Below are positions 25,559 to 38,670 of a stretch of 64,000 nt of DNA, piece after piece. Each line of letters begins with the position of its first letter. The stretch's first letter is position 1. This DNA is from Octopus sinensis (lineage: Eukaryota), in NCBI RefSeq assembly GCF_006345805.1, contig NC_042998.1:175770001-175834000 (forward strand), given 5' to 3'. Below the pieces are notes generated by a model. The model had not been told where the DNA came from, did not search any database, and worked only from the letters and a program-made list of their open reading frames with translations. Both the position numbers and the translations under genes were made by a program.

Positions 25559-26126
25559 GCATATATATTTTTTCACACATACACATGTATGTGTGTGTAT
25601 ATACATATACGCACGTATGTATGTATGCATGTATGTATGTATGTATGTATGTAGTATGTATGTATGTATGTATGTATGTATGTATGTATGTATACACACA
25701 TATATGTGTGCACGCATGGATGTTATTGCATGTGTGGTTCTGTATGTTTTACCGTATATGCTTTTAGGTCTCTGTGCATGAATATGTATCTACAAAAGTC
25801 TAAATTTTTCGAATGCTTTACATATTTTCACTTTTCTATTAGTGAATTGTAAATTAATTTCATAATTAGTAGTGACTTTTCTGGTTTCATGAATTCCACC
25901 TTTACATGATTGGTACTGAGGCAGGCCAATATATTCACAGGTGGACGGATAAAGTTTTAGACAGGCTTTCCTTTTTTCCTTTAAATTTGCAAGACAACTG
26001 ACAATTGAATGCGACTACTGTGTACTTTTTCTCCGTTCCGGATCATTGTCAAATTTGTTGTGCCTACATTTTGCAGAGGTTCAACAGGAACATGTGAGAG
26101 TGCGTGGCTTAGTGGTTAGGGTATTC
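25345..26126 (+). repeat. Local segmental duplication, copy 1 (copy 2 at 27449-28107)
   Basis: Colinear from gatcgcctggctttatc to ggttagggtattc, with scattered substitutions and indels. Confidence 0.9.
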
Positions 26127-26408
26127 GGCTCACGGTCGTAAGGTCGTGAGTTCGATTCCCGCCCGGCGCCGCATTGTGTCCTTGAGCAAGACACTTTATT
26201 TCACGTTGCACCAATCCACTCAGCTGGCAAAAATGAGCAGTACCTGTATTTGAAAGGGCCAGCCTTGTCACATTCTGTGTCATGCTGCATCTCCCCGAAA
26301 ACTACGTTAAGGGCACACGTGTCTATGGAGTGCTCAACCAGTTGCACGTTAATTTCACGAGCATGCGGTTCCGTTGAGCCCTCGTCGTCGTAATCGACTG
26401 AGTGCCAG
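26096..26408 (+). mobile_element. tRNA-derived SINE C' (CORE-like centre, family-C tail)
   Basis: A-box tggcttagtgg, B-box gagttcgattccc, centre tgtgtccttgagcaagacactt, tail shared with 56007-56398. Confidence 0.85.
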
Positions 26409-27448
26409 AAACAGAAATATTCCACGCGTATTCCTTTTTATGGATATCGCTCTTTACATCACTGAAATTCCTTTCCTCTCCAGGACTGTCATTTTCGCAA
26501 CGTGCCGTGTTTAGCCACCTCATTATGCTTCATACGTAGATAGCATCAGGAGGCCTCTCTAGATAATTACTTATGATATGTGTGACATATAAAGTATCAA
26601 TTCCCACGAAAGTGTATTCAGGTGTTTTTTAATCTGCGTCTCTATCCTTTTTCTGCATCATGTATTTTGTTATTTTCTGTGTTAGGAAAATAATTTTGCT
26701 CAGATTGCTTTCAGTTTGGGCGGATCGATCCAATTTTGAATGTTGATTACGATCAACCAATTACTATATCACGTAAATTTTAAAATCTGACGTTATTTGG
26801 AATTAAAGTTGGGAAATTTGGGTAATTTTAGCCAATCAACAGACGGCGTGACATTAGCAGCTTGTTACCATGACAACCGCACGCTGTATTGTGGTTCACT
26901 GTTGTCTGTGTTGATTTTTCACACTTGATTCTTCTTTCGGGACTCATTGACTCAGCTGGATTTATGATTTCACTAGGTTAATTCTATTCATAAAAATCTA
27001 AATTAAGAGTATTTCTTAAACCGTTAGCTTCACGTTTCAACAGCTTAACTGAAATTTAGCCTACGTAACAGGAACTGAGAGGGACATCGGGGAACAGAGA
27101 AACTGTTGGTGATACAGATAATTTGACATTATTTTTGAATTCTGCATGCAAAAACACACGAGTTACAGGTATTCTTTTCTTTGGGACAAATTCTTTGTTG
27201 ACCAGTGTTACTCTTACCGTAGTTTACAAATCCAAGTATGAAAAACGTTACTCAACTTTGGAGTTTTGAAGACAAATGCCCCTTTCACACACACACACAC
27301 ACGCACACATACATTAACGATGTACGCAAATACATGACATGTATACATAATACTGAAATACGCATAAGGTATGTATGTATGTATGTATGTATGTATGTAT
27401 GTATGTATGTATGTATGTATGTATGTATGTATGTATGTATGTATGTAT

Positions 27449-27673
27449 GATCGCCTGGCTTTATCATTAAAATTTCTCACCAATAGAAAAAGAGCCGGTT
27501 TGTAAACTGAAAAAAGTCTGTTTTCAATGGAATTTAGAAAACATTAACTAGCTAGCCATGTATGCATATATAAATGTATGTGTGTATTTATATATATTTT
27601 TTTCACACATACACATGTATGTGTGTATATACATATACACACGTATGTATGTATGCATGTATGTATGTATGTA

Positions 27674-27708
<35 letters not shown>

Positions 27709-28107
27709 GTGCACGCATGGTGTTATTGCATGTGTGGTTCTGTATGTTTTACCGTATATGCTTTTAGGTCTCTGCGCATGAATATGTATCTACAAAGGTC
27801 TAAATTTTTTGGAATGCTTTACATATTTTCACTTTTCTATTAGTGAATTGTAAATTAATTTCATAATTAGTCGTGACTTTTCAGGTTTCATGAAGTCCAA
27901 CTTTACATGATTGGTACACAAATGGACAAATAAAGTTTTAGACAGGCTTTCCTTTTTTTCTTTGAATCTACAAGACAACCGACAATTGAATGCAACTGCT
28001 GCGCACTTTTTCTCCGTTCCTGATCATTGTCAAATTTGTTGTGCCTTCATTTTGCAGAGGTTCAACAGGAACATGTGAGAGCGCGTGGCTTAGTGGTTAG
28101 GGTATTC
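27449..28107 (+). repeat. Local segmental duplication, copy 2
   Basis: Ends inside the duplicated SINE C' head at gtattc. Confidence 0.9.
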
Positions 28108-29089
28108 AGACAAATATATTAATATAGCAAATTTTTAAAAAATAATAAAAAATACAATGAATGAAGAGACAAAAGAAATAGTAAGATGATACATGTTGAT
28201 TTTATTAGGTATTTCTGTTTATTTAGAAACCTACAATGTACAGGTCAGACGCTAAACTATAAATTTCACAGGGTACAACCTTGAAGTCGACACCGCTCCG
28301 CTAAACGCAAAAAAAAAAAAGAAAAAAAAAGAAAAAAAAGAAATTCTGTCTCGCTATTAGCTATAAATACAGTTTTTTTTTTCGATTTTTAAACCTCTGT
28401 AACTTTTTTCTCCACATCATCATACCTTCAAAGCAGTGAGACTGGTAGGCTACATTAATATAGGCGATTTTAAGATTTTTTACTTCTTTTTAAAAACAAA
28501 ATGCATATTTTGCAAAGGAAAAAACTAGATCCTGTAAATGCACTCAGTGGAGTAGCTTGAGTGTGTGCCTCCCAAGGCAAGCCTAGAATGTGCAAACCTT
28601 CCGAGCTCCCAAGCCTATTCAAGCTTTTACAGTAGATCCAAAAATGTTGCCCATAAAAGCGTCGCCCGGGGCTGACCCCCTCCCCCAGCTACGCTACTTA
28701 TACCGTTCAAAGAGCTAATATAACAGTTGCTTGATAAATAGAGTGTTCTAGTTATCTCTGTCTCTTTGGCTCCCCACCTCTCTCTATCTCACGTTGAAGT
28801 TTTCTGACAACATAGCCATGCATGGACCTTCTGCTGATAAGCCAAAGTTTTTCGTCTGATGATCTTTTGCTCTAAAGCTGCGCAACTTCTCTGGATGTGT
28901 ATCTTTCCCTGGTTATCAACCAAGGAATAGTTTGCAAGGAGCTCTTGCTCCGCTCTCATGATTCTAATGATTTGTGTAATTCGACGCCTGGGCTTAGTAG
29001 TTACCATCAAAAGGAAATGATACGACATTTGAAGGCCGTTTTTTTTTTATCTTTCTGTCAGGAAAGAATCTTTATAGGATCTACGGGAC

Positions 29090-29187
<98 letters not shown>

Positions 29188-30004
29188 GACAGAGACAGAG
29201 ACAGACAGACAGACAGACAGACATACTGTTATCATCAAGCAGGAGACACTGTGGCCTGAATTCTTGCAATAGAATAGACTCAATTAAAGGTAGCCAAGAA
29301 TTAAGTGATGGTATTAAACTGGGCGACGAATGAAGTCTACCACACATCTAGGCTATAACAGGATTTGAACTCAGAACGCAAAGAACCAGATTAAGTGTAT
29401 TCAAACAATGACTGGAATCAGCGATTGCCATATTTTCTCTCTTCGTAAGAGACAAACAGACACGATTCTTGACGCACACGCTTACATATACAAATACACA
29501 TGCATACATTCACACACAAACAAATGCGCTGATATGGAAGCAAACAACAGCACCATCTATTCTTCATAGACAGAGTCAACAGACATGCGATGATGTAGGT
29601 GGCATGCCTCTGTAGAAAACGATGTCTTTCATTCAGATCTTAGATACATAGACTGAACATGTTGAATAAAAGCCGTTGTGATGAATAATTTCTGTTTAGC
29701 TTTTATTCGTCACCATTAATTTCTTGCTTACGTTCTTACTCTATTTTGTTGTCTATATTTTTCTTGTAGCTTTTCTAATTAAAACCATCATTCACATCGT
29801 AGTTAAGATGTCATCCATTCATAGATTCATTTAAGATATTTGATTTACAATGATGTATTTATTCATACTCAGTACACCCTATATCCTAGAAGTTTCTAAT
29901 GAGAATATCTGATCTTTGTGGGTTTTTTTCTTTTTTGTCGGAGAATATCTCTCTTTAGTCGATGTCTGTTCAAAACACATGCAATTCACAAATGTAAGGG
30001 AACA

Positions 30005-30049
30005 TGAGACACCACGGTGTTTCGACCTTATTGAGCATCTCCTCAGTCA
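30005..30049 (-). ncRNA. Minimal type I hammerhead ribozyme
   Basis: UGA-CUGAGGA-GAUGCUCAAUAAGGUC-GAAA-CACCGUGGUGUC^UCA. Helix I has 3 bp, helix III is ACAC/GUGU, and the cleavage triplet is GUC. Confidence 0.7.
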
Positions 30050-30297
30050 AAGCTACTCCGCCAACCCGATGAATCTAACAAGAATACAGGGTCTTCTCCA
30101 ATAAAAATAAATAACAAGATATTTGTGTTCAAAATGCTTTGAGAATGAATACATACTTTTTTGTTTGGATTCTCGCTTTCTGTGTGTGCCTCATGAATTA
30201 TCATCTGTTTGGCAGACATAAACATATACCAGTAAATAATTTGTTTGCTGATTTCTATAAACAAGGGCCTGTGCTCCTGTTAGAATTATCGGTCCGG

Positions 30298-30350
30298 GTA
30301 GCTTTATCTGAGGAGACACTCAAAAAGGTTGAAACACCACGATGTCGCTA
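30298..30350 (+). ncRNA. Degenerate inverted sister hammerhead
   Basis: ctgagga-gacactcaaaaaggtt-gaaa-caccacgatgtc; helix I is disrupted. Confidence 0.5.
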
Positions 30351-30757
30351 AGTTCTTTTACTCTGGTGATTGACGTTATCGAAAAGGAAATGTTCTCCAA
30401 TGATGAAAAATAACTGCGACCAGAATCTGCCAGAACGTATTTAGAATGAACGGACAAATTATTGTTTGGAGTCTCACGGTTCTGCATGAACCTCATGAAT
30501 TAATATCAATAGAATAGTTAGGGAGCGGGTACTAGGGGACGGTTCGTCCGGGCGACGCTATTATGGTAGGGCGGTATTTTGAGTTTGTTGTATAAGCCTG
30601 TATAAGATTGGTGGGGCCGTGAGCTGGTGGGGAAACAAGGGCTGTTTCGGGCCGCACACACTAACTATGCCATTCATTAATATTTGATTTATTTTATCGC
30701 TATTTCCTTTTTGCTTGGGGATGTTTATGGCAAAGCATTTATTTTTTATCTATTACT

Positions 30758-30949
30758 TGCTTCAGTCATTAGACTGCAGCCATGCTGGGGCACCGCCTTA
30801 TAGAATTTTTAGTCGAATGAGTCGGCCTCAGTACATGTTTTAAAGCCTAGTACTTATTCTATTGGTCCCTTTCTCGAACCACTAAGTTACGAGGACGTAA
30901 ACACACCAACACCGGTTGGAAAGCGGTAGTGGGGGACAAACACACACAC

Positions 30950-30986
<37 letters not shown>

Positions 30987-31110
30987 TACACACACATTAT
31001 ATATACACACGATGGGCTTCTTTCAATTTCCGTCTACCAAATCCACTCGCAAGACTTTTGTCGACCCGAGATTGTAGGTGGCATGCAGTGGGACTGAACC
31101 TGGAAATATG
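30758..31110 (-). mobile_element. Degenerate SINE family B
   Basis: Tail, internal CA tract and partial head. Confidence 0.8.
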
Positions 31111-31835
31111 TGCTTGGGAAGCTATAAGATTTATCACTTTTTGCATACATACAAGCTTATGTTTTGCCATAACTGTGCGTGTGTGTCCGTGTGTCTCCTA
31201 AATGATGTTCGAGATACCCCGCCATCTCATTTCATTTCCTACACAGATATTTGTTGTTATAGTTTTAGTTAAATTCTAATTAATTATTGGACACTTCAAA
31301 AAAAATTCCTCGTTTTCCTTTTCTAAATGAATCAAAAGGCTTACTATGAAGCACGTGTGCATCTTTAACCTACACACACAGACACGTACGTGCACATGTC
31401 CACATGCACACATATACTCGTACACATTATTTTCATATACATATTCACAGTCATACAGGCGCACGCATGCAGACATTTGGCAACATATGGCATCCGATGA
31501 CGTAAATGAAGTATAATTTCACTTAAAAAGAATGAATATAAAGAAAGGTCAAGTAATAAGAAGTAATTGAGAGAGAGAGAGGAAGAAAGGAAGGTGAACA
31601 AGATATAATAGTAGAGAGAAAGAGAGTGACACAAGTGTCTTGCGATTTTAGTTTCAACGACTGTTATAAAGAAACAATAAAACCTTGACTTCGCTGTTGG
31701 TGGTTTTGAAGATGATATTGGTGTTGGTGGAAGTAGTGACGGCGGCCTTGATAGCCATCTCGATGGTGGTGATTATATACATATGTATATGTGTGCGTGT
31801 ATGTGTGTGTGTGTATGTGTGCGTGTGTGTGTGTC

Positions 31836-31874
<39 letters not shown>

Positions 31875-32053
31875 GTGAATTCACAAAAAACAAACAAATT
31901 TAAGACGAAGGCAGGTGGTGTAGACAACAAACAGATGTATTAGTATAACGCTCGGGAAGTGAAAAAGTTTTTAACGTTTCGAGCCTGCGCTCTTCCACAG
32001 AAAGAAACAAGGAGAGAAAATGAAGAATGTATAATGGTTAGCGGTCTATCATG

Positions 32054-32110
<57 letters not shown>

Positions 32111-32225
32111 TACATACACACATACATACATACATACATACATACATACATACATACATACATACATACATACATACATACATACATACATACACATACA
32201 TACATACATATATGTATATGCATGT

Positions 32226-32528
32226 GGAGGCAAATGACCTAGTGGTTAGAGCAGCGGACTCGTGGTCGAGGGATCGCGGGTTCGAATCTCAGACAGGGTG
32301 ATGTGTGTGTTTATGAGCGAAATACCTAATCTCCACGCAGCTCCGGCAGAAGGGAAAGGCGAGCTTCTGCTGACTCTTTCGCCACAACTTTCTCTCCCTC
32401 TTTCCTCCTGCATTTTGAAGCTCGCCTGCGACGGACCGGCGTCCCGTCCAGGTTGGGACCCTATACGCTAAGGAAACCGGGAAACCGGCCCTTATGAGCC
32501 AGGAGTGGCTCGAGAAGGAACAAACAAT
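32226..32528 (+). mobile_element. tRNA-derived SINE D (family-C head, different 3' part)
   Basis: A-box tgacctagtgg, B-box gggttcgaatctc, tail gcgacggaccggcgtcccgtccagg...(acaa)n. Matches 59755-60043. Confidence 0.88.
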
Positions 32529-33345
32529 ATATGCATACATGTATATATGTATACATATTTATATAGATATACACATATATAAATACACGCGCGCGCGTGC
32601 ATACACACGCACATGTAAATGTATTCTTAAACAAGGACATTTTTAATTAAATTTATATTTTATGGCCTAGTCAGAGGAGGAAGAGCACCACCCACGACCT
32701 TTGCAAAGCTTCCCTGCGACTGGAGGTAGAAATCATGACTTGCGACTTTTAGCTGTTGTAATTGTTATTGTTGCTATCCTCCTCTTCCTCCTCCTTAGAT
32801 AGTTATCGTTGTCGCTGTTGTTTAACCCCTGTTTGATGAGCCATGATCAAATTAGGCTGTAGCCTTGATCATACTGTGGTCTCTGTCTCTGTCTCTGTCT
32901 GTCTCTGTCTCTTACTCTCTCTTCAGATATGGTGTACTTGGGACTACATTTCTCAATATATCCTTCTTCTCTTGATCCTCTAGGGTGTGATTTGAAAGAG
33001 ATTTGAACGCTATTTTTAGTAGGCCCAGTGAACGTTTCCAAGAAGCAATGCCTCGATACATTGAGTTATCTTCAAAGCTGAAACCTAGTCCTAATACATG
33101 CAAGGCGGTGGTGGTGGTGGTAGTAGTAGTAAAAGTAGGGGCATTATTGTGGGCGGGGAGTGGTGTTGGTTGTGAAATTTCATTGGTGAGTGATGGTGGT
33201 GTATTGTTGTTTGAGAGTTAAGGGACGTGTGGTCACGATGATAACGATGACGATGGTGATGATGATGATGATGATGAGAGTGATTGGGTCATTGCTTTCA
33301 TGGTATTAATGTCTGACGTAATTGTTAGAGGTGGCTGTAGTAGTT

Positions 33346-33393
<48 letters not shown>

Positions 33394-34419
33394 TTGATTG
33401 GTAGTGTATTGGGAGTGAAGAGTAATATTGGTAGTGATGGTGCTTTGTTGTTGGATAGAAAGTGTATTGCTGGTACTTTTAATAGTTATTGTTGTTTAGC
33501 CCCAGTCAGGTAATCGAACACTGTTAAAGGCCTGCAAGGACCAGATGTTGGCGTCAAACTGGACAACAAATGCGCTAATATTACCAACCACACATTAGTA
33601 AAGTCCTTTGGAGTAAATGTGATGCAGTTTCGATACCTGATTAAGCCATTTGGTTTCAGTTGCATCTCGTATTTGAGATTTTCCCCTCCTTAGTTGATAA
33701 GGGCATGATTGACCCATAGGAAACTCCTCGAATACAGGGTTCGAATTATAACGATCCGATAAAAGTTATAGGACATTTTCATAGTGTTGATAGCGATGGT
33801 GATGATGAATACGGTTATGGTGGTGGTGATGGTGGTGTTTGGGTTGTTGCTAGGTAGTTATGGTGGTTATGACAGTTGTAATGGTGATGTTGATGGTAGT
33901 CGTGGTTAATGGTTGTGGTTGGAGGTGTCGCAATGGCATTTGTAATGATTGTTGTTGGGTTGTTGTTGTTTTGTTAATGTTGTTCTTATTGTTTTTCTCC
34001 AAGTCAGCCCCGGTGGCGTTAAACCTATGATCAAAGGTGTCCCAAACTTGACCATACCGTCTTTTATCGAATATATTGTATCTAAGACTGCATTATCTAA
34101 TTTATCCTTCTTAGAATTTTAAGAAAGCCGGGTATGGTTTGAGGGAAATTTGGCTTCAGTTTCTAACAGGTCGATTGACCAGACAGAAGTTCCCTGATTC
34201 CTTTTGGTGGTGATGGTAACAGTAGTGGTGGTAACGATTGTTATGGCATTGTTTTGGAGATGCTAGAAACAGTATTGGCTGTTAGGTGCTGTATGTAGTG
34301 TTGATAGGAATAACTAGTAAATATGACTAAAATACACTCTAGCAGATTAGGTTGTTTTTCCCGACGATTCCAACTGAATCGAGTGGACGATGGTCAAAGG
34401 CAATGCTGCTATGATAACC

Positions 34420-34459
<40 letters not shown>

Positions 34460-34461
34460 AG

Positions 34462-34509
<48 letters not shown>

Positions 34510-35245
34510 TGAGAGAGTAATTCGATGGAGATTTGGTTACTATTTCCAGCATATCAAACGACTGCGTAGTGGATTTCTATTTTGATTCCAGCTCATGAAA
34601 CACTGTTTCTCTTTCATATCTGACGCAAGCAGATCATTTATTCCAATAATGGTCCTGCCTATGTATTGAAGGTGTTGCCGTTGGACCATCGTTGTTTAGT
34701 TTAATCTAGTTTCAGTTCATGAATTCAGTATTGCCATACTTAGCGTTCTTATTCTAGAAATTTGTAACCAAATATTCTAATACTAACAGGATCTTACTAT
34801 ATTTATGGCAGATGAGTGTTATCTTCCCTGATAACATTTGTTTAATATATTATCTTGTACTGCTGTAGTTCAATAGGTAGACACAGGTCGGTGTTATGAG
34901 TGCATACGTGACATCTACACAACAAAATTTGCACTCACTACGCAGTTATCCACAAACAAAAATAGTTATACAAACGCTGATAAGTGTACGTGTGCATAAA
35001 TGTTTTTGAGTGTAGTCTAAGGTCGCAAGAACGAAAAGTTTTCTAGATACAAATATTTTGTTTCTGAAAGATACACTAGTGATTACTAAAGATAGACAGG
35101 TTTTTTTGTAAGATGATGTATTCTGGAGACTTTTCTGACTTCAAAAATAAAGAGACTTTGTGACGTATCGTATTTTAAATAAAGGAATAGATAAGCCTTA
35201 CTTGTATTCAGTTGCATTTAATTTGGGAATGGAACTTCTACAGTG

Positions 35246-35300
<55 letters not shown>

Positions 35301-35847
35301 ACACACATTATAGACATCCTAGAGGCTATATCATTGCACTTGAAATTTATTAACCCGTGATTATAGTTGAGTACTCAGTGCTTATGAATTTGACGCACAC
35401 AGCCACCTACTTAAATCAGTAATGTTAGTTTGGGATAAAACTGTCAAAAAAATCAGTTAGATGTTAATTATGGGAGATTCACATTCAGAGAATGAGTAAT
35501 AGTTTAATTGATAAAATGAATATCAGCGGATAAATATTTGATTGTCGTTGTTGTTTAATCTCGGGATGGTCCTGATTAAGTAAACCTATGATTGAAAGTA
35601 TTTCAACTGTGTCCATCTCGTTATTTTCTTATAAGCAAGAACCCACATATTTTTTCTTATATATATATATATAATATATATATATATATCTATATATATT
35701 TAATATGGTGTGTGTGTGTGTGGTGTGTGTTTGAAGTATATTTGCCACTTAAATGTGGCTAACCACTAAGGGTGGATGCTACTGTAGCTTGTAGCTCCGG
35801 GAGAACATCATCTCCAGCTGGCTATTGACACACTTTCTGTGCCCTAT

Positions 35848-36081
35848 GCCTATTTCTGTACTACCCACAAGGGGCTAAACACAGAGAGGACAAACAAGGA
35901 CAGACAAACGGATTAAGTCGATTACATCGACCCCAGTGCGTAACTGGTACTTAATTTATCGACCCCGAAAGGATAAAAAGCAAAGTCGACCTGGGCGGAA
36001 TTTGACCTCAGAACGTAACGGCAGACAAAATATGGCTACGCATTTCGCCCGGCCAGCTAACGTTTCTGCCAGCTCGCCGCC
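35848..36081 (-). mobile_element. Full-length SINE A with 13-bp TSD
   Basis: ttctgtgccctat at 35835-35847 and 36082-36094. Confidence 0.92.
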
Positions 36082-36774
36082 TTCTGTGCCCTATACCTCG
36101 TTCAGAGATTTATATGTGGTCGTGGCTGTGTGGTAAGAAGCTTGCTTCCCAACCACATGGTTCCGGGTTCAGTTCCACTGCATGGCACCTTGGGCAAGTG
36201 TCTTCTACGATAGCCTCGGGCTGATCAAAGTGAGTGGATTTGGTTGACGGAAAACTGAAAGAAGCCCGTCGTGTGTCGGTGAAATGAAAAAAAGGCCCAG
36301 GGATTTAGCTGGGAGTTATGTCCCTTGGTTAGGTATGTTGTGAAGTCGGCAAGAGTTTGTATTAATAATGTGGTGTTTCTGCGTGGTGTATAGTATGTGT
36401 AGCGGTGTCATATGTATAAATTTTTCGCGGGGTGTAGATATATATAGCGCTGTGTTCGTTGCTCTGTTTTCTTTCTGTAAAGGACAACACTTTGGTGTTT
36501 TTTATATATTAGGTACGGTGTGTAATATATGTGTTATGTGTGTGTGTGGGGGGGTGTCTGTTTATATGTGGGGGTACAATTTACGTGAGGGTGTATGTGC
36601 TGGAGGATAATTATATGCGGGGTGTCCGCCTTATGGGGATGGGCGTGTGTACATGGGTGCGTTGGTGTGTGTCTTGGTCAAAATCTTTTTGGTGGGCCCA
36701 AGGCCATTGGCGGGAGGTCGTTTACGAAGGTCGAGGCACGGGACCTGTGGTTGCAGTCATGGTGGGTCGCGTAG

Positions 36775-37515
36775 GTACGACAGAATATACTTTTTTTCAT
36801 GCAGAAAAGGACTAAACACCTCGCTCCTGTTACTGAGGTAAACATCTGGGTGTTAGGTACCTTTTAAAATCGATCTCTTCTCAGCCACGTATAGTCTGCA
36901 CTTCCTGCTACTATTGAAGTACGGATTGCATCTTTCCATGATCTTCCTCTTTATGCTGTACTCCGTGGTGCTTTCTTTTAAAGCCCAGTTGTGCTTGGCT
37001 TGGGTCGTGGCGTTAGTCTCTCTAGAATGTTAAATGAGGACTTGTGGTTATTATAGCGGGTTCTGAAGGGGCTTCCGTTGCCTCCACATATTTCTGCACG
37101 ATCGGTTGTCCATTGGGTCCTGAAGCTGTACTTCTGCCTCGGAAACAACTGTTTCTGTATTGCATTGGCCGTTTAGTGGACAAGTTGTGTTAACCCTACA
37201 TGAGCATCATGCTTCAGTCTTGGGTCTGGGTCTACCTACTAAAATCTTTTTTTAATCTAGGTGCACAGCTAAAAGATAGTCTCAGAGTATGTCTATTAAA
37301 TATTTCGTAAACTATATTGGTACGAGGAAAGTGTCTATCAATTAAACTAAGGAAGTTCTTATCTACTGCTTAAAGAGAATGGCAGTGTGAACCACAGTAC
37401 TTTCCGGTGGCGCTTTCCCTTGGTGGGGATAGGGTCTGGTATGTAACTAATACTATCCTTAAATTCGCTGGCAGCCAGAGCCCAGTTGTAGTTCGGGATG
37501 GCAGCATCGAAGATC
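36775..37515 (-). mobile_element. 3' fragment of a second Penelope-like element (RT C-terminus + GIY-YIG)
   Basis: Read across frameshifts: RKVLWFTLPFS, NFLSLIDRHFP, EIFNRHTLRLSFSC, CSCRVNTTCPLNGQC, RTRYNNHKSSF. Confidence 0.85.
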
Positions 37516-37795
37516 TCTGAGTGTATGTTTCGAGTCGCTTCGGCTGCAGACTTTCCTTTTTTGTACTCATAAAGCATTATGTGCCTTAAATGTTATTTGG
37601 ATACTTACATGTTAGAAAGGGTTTTATTCAAAGAAATTTTAATTTTATTATTCTGTATTATAATATCTAATTAGTTTAAATGTACACAAATGCATAAAAA
37701 TAATTTTAATTCCATTAGACATTCTAAAATACTATTAAATTTCATTCAATTTTAAAAAAGGTAAAATCGGACAGAACATATGGGATGAGCTGATA
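37516..37795 (-). mobile_element. 5' fragment of the same mariner family as at 5.7-6.9 kb
   Basis: TIR atcagctcatcccatatgttctgtccgatttt; MLYEYKKGKSAAEATRNIH; colinear with about 6648-6931. Confidence 0.9.
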
Positions 37796-37800
37796 TATAC

Positions 37801-37835
<35 letters not shown>

Positions 37836-37852
37836 CTATATATATATATTAT

Positions 37853-37925
<73 letters not shown>

Positions 37926-37932
37926 ATATACA

Positions 37933-38007
<75 letters not shown>

Positions 38008-38060
38008 ATATACATATAAACATATATATATACAATATATATATACACATATATATATAC

Positions 38061-38120
<60 letters not shown>

Positions 38121-38196
38121 TATATATATACATATATATATATACATATAAACATATATATATATATACAATATATATATACAGATGTATATATAC

Positions 38197-38234
<38 letters not shown>

Positions 38235-38283
38235 TATATATATATACAATATATATATATATATATATATCACATATATATAT
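37796..38283. repeat. Long imperfect (TA)n microsatellite
   Basis: About 490 bp of TA with CA interruptions. Confidence 0.97.
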
Positions 38284-38636
38284 TACCTGGCACTCCGTCT
38301 GTTACAACGGAACAGCCTGCTCGTGAAATTAACGTGCAAGTGGCTGAGCACTCCACAGACACGTATACTCTTAACGTAGTTCTCGGGGAGATTCGGCGTG
38401 ACACAGAGTGTGACAAGGCTGGCCCTTTGAAATACAGGTACAGCAGAAACAGAAAGAAAGAGTGAGAGAAAGTTGTGGTGAAAGAGTACAGCAGGGGTGG
38501 CCCCCTCCCCTGCCGGAGTCTCGTGGAGCTTTAGGTGTTTTCGCTCAATAAACACTCACAACACTCGGTCTGGGAATCGAATCCACGATCCTACAACGTC
38601 GAGTCCGCTGCCCTTACCACTGGGCCATTGCGCCTC
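38284..38636 (-). mobile_element. tRNA-derived SINE family C
   Basis: Reverse complement of the 56007-56398 family. Confidence 0.9.
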
Positions 38637-38670
38637 TACACCCCCACATACATACACACACACACATATA

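Noticed and set aside
28789-29028. 79-aa minus-strand ORF as a host exon
   Set aside because: No good splice signals; it looks more like a decayed LINE remnant, which I cannot assign.
34877-34985. Plus-strand exon candidate VDTGRCYECIRD...
   Set aside because: Only an open frame with plausible AG/GT ends; no homology or other support.
37742-38273. Long ORFs of YI/HT/CV/YVCM repeats (also at 11.7-13.7, 21.5, 23.1, 25.4, 32, 39.2 and 41.9-42.6 kb)
   Set aside because: These are translations of stop-free microsatellites, not genes.
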